From contig MFNV01000008.1 of the NCBI GenBank assembly GCA_001782165.1, positions 1-54,400 of the forward strand: 54,400 bases of DNA, written 5' to 3'. The notes beneath the pieces were generated by a model that was not told the DNA's origin, did not search any database, and saw only the letters and a program-made list of their open reading frames with translations. The stretch comes from Candidatus Levybacteria bacterium RIFCSPHIGHO2_01_FULL_41_15. GTDB taxonomy: Bacteria > Patescibacteriota > Microgenomatia > Levybacterales > UBA12049. Every line of letters starts with the position of its first letter. Positions within the stretch are counted from its first letter, which is position 1. A program made the translations under genes and the position numbers. This document shows, piece after piece, positions 1 through 6,677 of the stretch.

Positions 1-35
<35 letters not shown>

Positions 36-94
36 CCCTTAAGTGGGGAAACGAGCGCAACCCCCGCCCAATGTTAAATATTCATTGGGGACGG

Positions 95-193
95 TCCCCT
101 CTTTTTGTCGATAATCGTAAGTTAAACAAATTAGTTTAAGCTTTCAGGCGGAAAAGAAATACCATTGAAAGTATTGTCGCTAAAAAGAGGGGA
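95..193 (+). other. Structured non-coding intervening sequence in the 16S hairpin at about E. coli 1160-1175
   Basis: About 75 extra nt (107-181) between TCCCCTCTTTTT (95-106) and AAAAAGAGGGGA (182-193), where a short loop is normal. Internal hairpins TTAAAC/GTTTAA and CTTTCA/TGAAAG. Confidence 0.85.
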
Positions 194-453
194 AGGAAGG
201 AGGGGAAGACGTCAAGTCAGCACGGCCCTTATGCCCTGGGCTACACACACACTACAATGGCGAAAAACAACGGGTTGCAAGCCGGCAACGGCAAGCTAAT
301 CCCTAAAATTTCGTCTCAGTTCAGATTGGGGGCTGAAACCCGCCCCCATGAAGTTGGAATTGGTAGTAATCGCGGATCAGCAAGCCGCGGTGAATACGTT
401 CTCGGGTCTTGTACACACCGCCCGTCAAGGCAGCAAAGTCGGTGGTAGACGAA

Positions 454-765
454 TCCCCTCTTTTTGGGCTTTATGATAAGCTAATAAGAGATGTACTACT
501 TTTACGTTTTAAAAAGTTTGAAAACCAACAAACTTTATTTTGGTTCTACTCAAGATTTAAAAAATAGAGCATCAGAACACAATAAAGGCAGTGAGTTTTC
601 AACTAAACATGGAATTCCATGGAAGCTTGTTTATTATGAAGCTTTTTCAGTAAAATCTGATGCTCTCAGAAGAGAAAAACAAATCAAAAGATTTAAGAGC
701 GCATATGGATTTTTAAAGAAACGTATTAAAGATAGTTTGAAGGCATAGAACCTAAAAAGAGGGGA
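454..765 (+). mobile_element. Protein-coding intervening sequence at the tip of 16S helix 44
   Basis: Sits between GGTAGACGAA and GAGTCTAAAATCGGC. Closed by TCCCCTCTTTTT (454-465) / AAAAAGAGGGGA (754-765). Carries a GIY-YIG ORF. Confidence 0.85.
491..748 (+). CDS. Stand-alone GIY-YIG nuclease (85 aa) inside the 16S rRNA insertion
   Basis: YFYVL...LYFGSTQDLKNR...H...T...PWKLVYYE...ALRREKQIK matches the GIY-YIG/UPF0213 pattern. Confidence 0.92.
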   Translation: MYYFYVLKSLKTNKLYFGSTQDLKNRASEHNKGSEFSTKHGIPWKLVYYEAFSVKSDALRREKQIKRFKSAYGFLKKRIKDSLKA

Positions 766-888
766 GAGTCTAAAATCGGCGATGAGGCTTAAGTCGTAAC
801 AAGGTATCCCTAGCCGAAGCTGGGGATGGATCACCTCCTTTCTAATCCTTCGATTTTACTCAGGATTAGATTGGGGAAGACACCTAAA

Positions 889-916
889 CCCCCCTCCTTT
901 TTTAAAAAGAAGGGGG
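889..916. repeat. Near-perfect palindrome resembling an empty copy of the insertion-closing stem
   Basis: CCCCCCTCCTTTTTT-AAAAAGAAGGGGG, about 50 nt after the 16S 3' end. Confidence 0.7.
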
Positions 917-1087
917 AATTTTCAATTTCAAATTTTCAATTTCCAATTTGGAAAGCGATTGAGAGCGAAAATTTTGTGAGAAAGTGTATAAACGGCAACA
1001 AGTGGAATAGCACTTGGTTTTGTCCGCTATACTGAGGACAAACAAAAATCTATTCAGGTTTTCCTACCACTTCTTGGCTGACAAGCT

Positions 1088-1125
1088 AAAAACCACCCAT
1101 TCGGTATTACTCAGGGTGGTTTTTT
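1088..1125 (+). terminator. Intrinsic terminator downstream of 16S
   Basis: AAAAACCACCC / GGGTGGTTTTTT stem ending in a T-run. Confidence 0.65.
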
Positions 1126-1169
1126 GGTGAACAAATCTGATATACTTGAAGCTGGTAAAATAACTTAAA

Positions 1170-1242
1170 GGCGCGGTGGTGAAGTAGCTAACACAGCTGT
1201 CTGCAGAACAGCCATTCAGGGGTGCAAGTCCCCTTCGCGCCT
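1170..1242 (+). tRNA. tRNA-Cys(GCA)
   Basis: GGCGCGG/TCGCGCC acceptor stem, GCTGT-ctGCAga-ACAGC anticodon arm, AGGGG/CCCCT T arm, U discriminator, CCA not encoded. Confidence 0.93.
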
Positions 1243-1250
1243 CACATTTT

Positions 1251-1451
1251 ATGGGAAATAATGTAGAGAATTCAGGAGCTCAAGGACGAGAAAATATGGG
1301 AAACTGGATAAGAGTAGCCGGTGGAGCAGCAACTTTGGGATCAGCTATATCGGGTAACATTAATATTGCATTTGATGTTGTCGTTTTATCTACCCTTGTA
1401 TATAGTGGTTTTGAATTCTACAGGCTTAAGAGAGATACGGAAAAAAAATGA
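1251..1451 (+). CDS. Small hydrophobic hypothetical protein (66 aa)
   Basis: ATG start, Gly-rich hydrophobic core, ATGA overlap with the next ORF. Confidence 0.6.
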   Translation: MGNNVENSGAQGRENMGNWIRVAGGAATLGSAISGNINIAFDVVVLSTLVYSGFEFYRLKRDTEKK

Positions 1452-1618
1452 AAGAAAGACAACAGAGTTTTCTAGAAAAAACAGGAGTATGGGTTAGAAA
1501 CGGCGGAATTATAGCCGGGCTGTTGGGTTTGATCGCAGTTGAAGGCCTATTGGTTCCTGGAATTCTGGTCGGAACAGGCGGAGAGGTTTTAAGAAGAGTA
1601 GGCAAGAGAAGACAATAG
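1448..1618 (+). CDS. Small membrane peptide, 56 aa (MKERQQSFLEKTGVWVRNGGIIAGLLGLIAVEGLLVPGILVGTGGEVLRRVGKRRQ), not in the ORF track
   Basis: Translated by hand: ATG 1448 overlaps the upstream TGA; TAG 1616-1618 lies 1 nt before the next ATG. This packing indicates translational coupling. Confidence 0.7.
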   Translation: MKERQQSFLEKTGVWVRNGGIIAGLLGLIAVEGLLVPGILVGTGGEVLRRVGKRRQ

Positions 1619-1619
1619 G

Positions 1620-1985
1620 ATGGAAAGAGATAAAGAGAGTACTGAGGAAAAGGGTGAGGGCGGGTTTTCGGAAAAAGAACTGGATTTGGATATAGAAATA
1701 AGAGCAGGGGAATGGCAGAACCTTAAAAAGTTTAACACTTATAAAAAACGCTCAAGACAGGGCAAGATAATTGCGACTCATCAAGCTCTTTCTAACAGAC
1801 TGGCCCAGTTAGAAAAACTATTCTATCAGCTTGCATCAAACCATCCTCAAAAAGCAGTGAAGCTCTTAAAAGAAATAAAACGACTAAGATTTCTAAAAGA
1901 ATACTTACTCCAAGCACTTATTTGGGAAGAGAAAAAAGAACTGGAGGAGCACGATATACCAGCTGAACTTAAAAGTCTTCTGTAG
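1620..1985 (+). CDS. Hypothetical protein (121 aa, helical, charged)
   Basis: ATG start, coupled to the upstream peptide, protein-like composition. Confidence 0.7.
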   Translation: MERDKESTEEKGEGGFSEKELDLDIEIRAGEWQNLKKFNTYKKRSRQGKIIATHQALSNRLAQLEKLFYQLASNHPQKAVKLLKEIKRLRFLKEYLLQALIWEEKKELEEHDIPAELKSLL

Positions 1986-2057
1986 TGGGTGACGATGGAG
2001 TCGAACCATCCACCTCTTCTTTATCAGAGAAGCGTTCTACCGCTGAACTAGCCACCC
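1986..2057 (-). tRNA. tRNA-Ile(GAT)
   Basis: Reverse complement gives GGGTGGC...CTTCT-ctGATaa-AGAAG...GATGG-TTCGACT-CCATC-GTCACCC-A, a complete cloverleaf. Confidence 0.95.
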
Positions 2058-2084
2058 GTATCTTTGGCACCGGCGACGCGCAGG

Positions 2085-2119
2085 TCAGAGAAGCGTTCTA
2101 ACCGGTGAACTACCGACCC
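2085..2119 (-). pseudogene. 5' half-copy of a tRNA-Ile-like gene
   Basis: Reverse complement GGGTCGGTAGTTCACCGGTTAGAACGCTTCTCTGA. 2085-2100 is identical to 2024-2039; no 3' half follows. Confidence 0.7.
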
Positions 2120-2194
2120 TGTTTAGCTTTAGCTATTATAACAAATTGAACCTTGTGTTGCTTTTTTGTAAAGTTTGTGCTAGATTGTGCGTCA

Positions 2195-2737
2195 ATGAAT
2201 GCTCAAGAAGCTAAACCTGCTATATCCTTGCAAGAAAGAGTCACTCATGAGGTTCCCGAACCAGAAGTAAATGTTGCTCAAGGGCCCCAGTTTAGCAATC
2301 TGGAAACTGTTTTTTTGCAGGGAACAATTGAAGGCCTGACTGGAGTTGATATTTCCAGAGGGGTAGGATGGAAGCATGGAAGTCAAGTTGTTGATATCAG
2401 GCGGACGCTTGCCCTAAGATTCAGAGTCAATCCGCAAGACAACCGCCTCACAAAAGCTGTAACTACGGCCTATCTTTGCAGGGCGATCATGGCAGCAGTC
2501 GATGCGAAAGTGCTTAATACGAGCCACCTACCAGAAAAGGCAAAGGAGCCACTTGATCAGGTTGAAACTGAAGTTCTGGAAGGAATAACAGATGGTGAGA
2601 ATATCTTTGATTTAAGCAAAAGGCTCGGGGTTGATATGGATCGTGGTACAGAACACTTAAATAAAATTTGCGAAAAATTCGGCGTTAAAAACATTTTTAT
2701 GGCAGCAGCTTGTTGGGCAAATGGCATAAGAAACTAA
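2195..2737 (+). CDS. Protein with two LuxR/NarL-like HTH modules
   Basis: FSNLETVFLQGTIEGLT..DIS..VG and VETEVLEGITDGENIFDLSKRLGV....EHLNKICEKFGV resemble LuxR C-terminal HTHs. Likely start is ATG 2195, after TTGCTT-17-TAGATT. Confidence 0.6.
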   Translation: MNAQEAKPAISLQERVTHEVPEPEVNVAQGPQFSNLETVFLQGTIEGLTGVDISRGVGWKHGSQVVDIRRTLALRFRVNPQDNRLTKAVTTAYLCRAIMAAVDAKVLNTSHLPEKAKEPLDQVETEVLEGITDGENIFDLSKRLGVDMDRGTEHLNKICEKFGVKNIFMAAACWANGIRN

Positions 2738-2788
2738 TAAGATTTCTTAGAATTGCATTCTTTTTTCTTTTGTTATAGCATCACTTTT

Positions 2789-3211
2789 ATGTCATCGAAG
2801 TCAGGACACCCGCCAGTCGGCGGGCAGGCATTTTTTACAAGCGTTGGGTGCATGGATGGAAGGGTTCAGAAACCGGTTGCAGAGTTTGGAAGAAGTAAAT
2901 TTGGAGCGGAATATCCTGATACCATTACAGAGGCAGGTTTAGTAGGTTTATTGGCTTTAAGAAATCCAGAACAAAGCTTGCTTTCTTCTCTTGAGAAAAA
3001 AATAAATATCTCAATTCAAAGACACAACTCAAGAGGAATTGTAGTCCACGGGCATGAGGACTGCGCCGCGTCAGACGCGGTTTCGGAAAAGCAACATGAG
3101 AGGGATATATTAAAATCCGCAGAGCTTATAAAATTGATGTTTCCCGGAATTTCCGTTGTCCCTGTTTTTGTAAAAAGAAAGGGTGAGGCTTGGACAGTTG
3201 AGGAGTTGTAA
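2789..3211 (+). CDS. Beta-class carbonic anhydrase-like protein
   Basis: C-x-D-x-R (CMDGR) and H-x-x-C (HEDC) zinc ligands. Likely start ATG 2789. Confidence 0.8.
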   Translation: MSSKSGHPPVGGQAFFTSVGCMDGRVQKPVAEFGRSKFGAEYPDTITEAGLVGLLALRNPEQSLLSSLEKKINISIQRHNSRGIVVHGHEDCAASDAVSEKQHERDILKSAELIKLMFPGISVVPVFVKRKGEAWTVEEL

Positions 3212-3250
3212 TTAAAAGTAAATATTGTTTAATATTGTTTTTTTTCAAAT

Positions 3251-4012
3251 ATGAAAGTGACAGGGATTAAGACTCACAAGATTACCCCAAAGGATAAAGA
3301 TATCCGCAGGATTTTAGATAAGTACCTGCCTGCCGGCAGGCAAGGTGTTAAAAATCTCAAAGAAAAATCTGTTGTTGCAGTTGCCTCAAAAATAGTTGCG
3401 ATAACTGAGGGGCGGGTAGTTAAAATTGGCACAATTCATAAGGACGAACTAATAAAAAGAGAATCGGACTATTATCTTCCAAGATCTGAAAACCCGTACA
3501 ATGTAAGCCTGACAATTACCCGCGGGACGTTAGTGGCAACGGCTGGAATTGATGAATCGAATTCTGGAGGTTATTATGTTTTGTGGCCCAAAGATCCCCA
3601 GAAGTCGGCAAATAAAATCCGGGAATTTTTGCGCAAAAAGTTTAAAATTAAAAATTTAGGAGTAATTATTACTGACTCAAGAACTACACCCTTAAGGTGG
3701 GGAGTAACCGGAATTGCGATTGCCTACAGCGGGTTTACCCCTCTTAGAAATTACATCGACAAAAAAGACATTTTTGGAAAAAAACTTGAATTTACCAAAT
3801 TAAGTTTGATAGATAATCTGGCAAGCGCGGTGTTGGTTGTAACGGGAGAGGGAAATGAACAGACACCGATTGCAATAATTGAAGATGCGCCGGGAATAGT
3901 TTTTAAAGACAAAAACCCCTCAGAGGAAGAACTTTCTGAAATAAAAATTACTATGGATGAGGATTTGTACGGACCCTTTTTGAAAAGTGTCAGGTGGAAG
4001 AAGGGGGTTTGA
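3251..4012 (+). CDS. CofE-family gamma-glutamyl ligase
   Basis: VASKIVAITEGR, AGIDESN, LWPKDPQKSA, IITDSRTTPLRWG, GEGNEQTP motifs. Confidence 0.88.
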   Translation: MKVTGIKTHKITPKDKDIRRILDKYLPAGRQGVKNLKEKSVVAVASKIVAITEGRVVKIGTIHKDELIKRESDYYLPRSENPYNVSLTITRGTLVATAGIDESNSGGYYVLWPKDPQKSANKIREFLRKKFKIKNLGVIITDSRTTPLRWGVTGIAIAYSGFTPLRNYIDKKDIFGKKLEFTKLSLIDNLASAVLVVTGEGNEQTPIAIIEDAPGIVFKDKNPSEEELSEIKITMDEDLYGPFLKSVRWKKGV

Positions 4013-4013
4013 G

Positions 4014-4628
4014 TTATTGGGCCGAAGGGGTACCTGTATTTATAGGAGGTGGAGAGGCACCTTCTATCATAAATGTTGTGCCGATTGCGGTTTTGAGTAC
4101 TGACTTATCTGTGGTTTCTGAGGCGACTTGGGTTTTGGGCAAAAAGTTTATTTTCGCAAATTCCCCCGGCGTGCCTATCTGCCGAAAAGATATGACCGCA
4201 ACTGTTCCTCCCCCTGTGACTCCGCCTTCTGATAGGGGAACTGTTATTGCATAAGATACTGTCCCTTTTTGAGGATCAATTTTTTTGATGAGCTCGCCTG
4301 CATTTTTAAAGAAAGGCCCCGGTTCTATATCAAAATTGGCTATGTACGCTATATCATATGAAAGCTCAAGCTGGACTCCTGTAACTTTATTCCCTCCTGT
4401 CTGAATTGTAACTTCAGAAGAGTAGAGAGGAGAAGCGGAAACAGTAGAAGTTTGAATTGCTGAAACCGGAGGGCTTATTCGAAGAATGGTTTGGGCCAAG
4501 GAAAGGTTTTGTTCGGAAGGTTTTTGGGGAGGCGTAACAGGATTTTGCTTAGGAGTTAGCGCAATTGCCAAAAGAACAGCTGTAATACCGATTAATACAA
4601 GTATGAGAATTAATGTCCTTTTATGCAT
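4014..4628 (-). CDS. Membrane-anchored cohesin-domain protein
   Basis: N-terminal TM helix, then TGGNKVTGVQLELSYD...GTVSYA...GTVAVISF, a cohesin-like beta-sandwich pattern. Confidence 0.7.
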   Translation of the reverse strand: MHKRTLILILVLIGITAVLLAIALTPKQNPVTPPQKPSEQNLSLAQTILRISPPVSAIQTSTVSASPLYSSEVTIQTGGNKVTGVQLELSYDIAYIANFDIEPGPFFKNAGELIKKIDPQKGTVSYAITVPLSEGGVTGGGTVAVISFRQIGTPGEFAKINFLPKTQVASETTDKSVLKTAIGTTFMIEGASPPPINTGTPSAQ

Positions 4629-4736
4629 GATAATTAACAGTTAACAATTAACACTTAACAGTTATTTTCTTATTTTATGATTACTGAATCTCTCGTCTTT
4701 GTCAATTGTCATTAGTAAATAGTCAATAGTAAATTT

Positions 4737-6656
4737 CTAGTCTCCAGCTTGTACCGAAAGCTCTCTTAGGAAGAGACTTATATCTTGAGTATTTATGTTC
4801 CCGTCATCATTTAAATCAGAGAGGGTTTTGTAGGCAGTCGTACAAACAGAGGTATTATTGAAACAGGCTTTTAGAATATTGTAATCCAGGATGCTAAGAG
4901 CATTATCTCCATTTATATCTCCTACAGTCAGATTAATCTGGGGAATCTCAATTGTGCCTGTTTGTCCTGCCGTTACAGTAATACTTGACGGAAGTCTTTT
5001 TACAAGATACCCGTCTATTTTTACTTTTACAGAGTAAGTTCCCGAAGAAAGAGAGCCCAGACTGACATTTCCCGTAAAGACACCGGATGAGGAATTATAA
5101 GTCACACTTCCATTTCGAGTACCTGCCTGATTCCCCGAACTATTGAAAATAAGAACTGTAGCAGATCTTGTTGGTCTTCTTGGATTCTGGTTTGAACCGC
5201 CTGTTAAGGTCGGGGCGGCATTGTCTCCCACGCTTCCTATTGAGTGAAGACCTATCCGAAGTGACAGTTGAGGACCTCCGCCTTGCGTTGGAGTAGGAGT
5301 TGGGGTAGAAGTACGTGTTGGAGTAGGAGTTGAAGTTGGACCTGAAGTCGTAAAGTTTCCTGTTGATGTGCCTGTTGGGGTACACGATGTTGTTCCCACT
5401 TTTACAACCAGAGTGTGGGAACCGGCAGAGTCAGAATTAACACTGGCAGTGCAAGACATTGCTCCAGTTACACTATTGGGCGTACAAGATAAACCGCTTA
5501 CGGCAGAACCATCTAAGAACATACCTACATTACTCCAACCAATAGTCGAACTTACCTCTCTAAAAGTAGCTGGATAGCTTTTGTTTGGCGTTACAGGTCC
5601 GGAAAATAGGCCTCCGCTAAAACGCCACTCCACTGTGCAGCTTCCCGCAGGAGTTGGGGTTATGGTCGCCCCTTTAACAGTGTAGTCAAAGGAAAATGTG
5701 TTATTGCTTATGTTGGTTTCAGAAATTGCATTATCTGAATTTAAAAGCAGCCAAGCTTTATAATTTCCTGGTGTTGTAGGTGCTGGGAAGAAGAATATAC
5801 TATTATATCCATTCCCTGTTGCCCACACATCCACTGTTCTATCAGCAGTAGAAGCTTCGTTAGTGGTTGGTGCAATTCCTCTGTTTTTCCATATTCCAAG
5901 TTTAATTTTCACTCCTTCTGCCGTCCCATTATCTTCTGCTGTTATCTCCCCTCCCACTCGTGCGCCTGGATCAAAATCGGTTGTTGGCTTTGGATATGGC
6001 CCCTCTTGTTGAACATAAACGTTGCTTATTGATAGATCAACACCAGAAGCAGGAGTGGGGGTGGGAGTGGAGGCGGAAGCGGAAGGACCCCCGATTGTAT
6101 AGGATAAAGTTGGTTTCTCAACCGATAGAATGCCCGTAGCGCTTGTTATAGAATTGATGGTTGCGTCAGAGATGCTTATGTTTCCGCTACCAGAACTGCC
6201 TGCGTTCAATGTTATTTTCGCAAGAAAAAGAGTACCTGAGATAATAGATCCGCTTGGATCTACTTTTGCAAGTTGCGCTTTACCGTTTGTTATAGATTTG
6301 AATACTAAAGTATTGAACTTATTAGATGCGTCAGCTCCTTCATCTATTGCGGTAAAAGTAACTCCGTTTCCCGGGGACACGGTAATATCAAAAGCGTTTA
6401 CTGTATTGGAGTTTGTATTAAGACAGAGAGAAATTATATTTTGTCCTGCGGCAAAGGACGTACTGGTAATCGGCGATGAGCATCCATCTCCTGAAGAAAA
6501 AAATAAAGAAGTTTGCTCACCGGCTGCTCTTTGTCTTATTTCCTGCTGTTTTTGGGTAACTAAGACGGTTAGGGGAATCGCCGCAATTATTATTAGGAGA
6601 ACTGCTATTCCCAAATTTTTTCTTGAACTTAAAATCGATTTTATAAAATTTATCAT
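4737..6656 (-). CDS. Modular surface protein: TM anchor, cohesin-like domain, CARDB-like domain, P/T linkers, C-terminal dockerin type I
   Basis: TM helix then QQEIRQRAA; VNAFDITV...LFLAKITL; NSDNAISETNISNN; TPTP runs; GDINGDNALSILDY and DLNDDGNINTQDIS EF-hand-like repeats. Confidence 0.75.
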   Translation of the reverse strand: MINFIKSILSSRKNLGIAVLLIIIAAIPLTVLVTQKQQEIRQRAAGEQTSLFFSSGDGCSSPITSTSFAAGQNIISLCLNTNSNTVNAFDITVSPGNGVTFTAIDEGADASNKFNTLVFKSITNGKAQLAKVDPSGSIISGTLFLAKITLNAGSSGSGNISISDATINSITSATGILSVEKPTLSYTIGGPSASASTPTPTPASGVDLSISNVYVQQEGPYPKPTTDFDPGARVGGEITAEDNGTAEGVKIKLGIWKNRGIAPTTNEASTADRTVDVWATGNGYNSIFFFPAPTTPGNYKAWLLLNSDNAISETNISNNTFSFDYTVKGATITPTPAGSCTVEWRFSGGLFSGPVTPNKSYPATFREVSSTIGWSNVGMFLDGSAVSGLSCTPNSVTGAMSCTASVNSDSAGSHTLVVKVGTTSCTPTGTSTGNFTTSGPTSTPTPTRTSTPTPTPTQGGGPQLSLRIGLHSIGSVGDNAAPTLTGGSNQNPRRPTRSATVLIFNSSGNQAGTRNGSVTYNSSSGVFTGNVSLGSLSSGTYSVKVKIDGYLVKRLPSSITVTAGQTGTIEIPQINLTVGDINGDNALSILDYNILKACFNNTSVCTTAYKTLSDLNDDGNINTQDISLFLRELSVQAGD

Positions 6657-6677
6657 TCTATTTTAGGATACCATATG

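Noticed and set aside
257-448. 63-aa ORF
   Set aside because: Lies wholly within conserved 16S rRNA sequence.
95-765. Group I or group II intron interpretation of the 16S insertions
   Set aside because: Too short outside the ORF, and no recognisable catalytic core or splice-site motifs. Only an Infernal search would exclude it fully.
826-1035. 69-aa ORF
   Set aside because: Starts inside the 16S 3' end and reads through hairpins and heptamer repeats; no protein features.
940-1085. 5S rRNA or SRP RNA downstream of 16S
   Set aside because: A hairpin is present but the diagnostic 5S and SRP domain IV motifs were not found.
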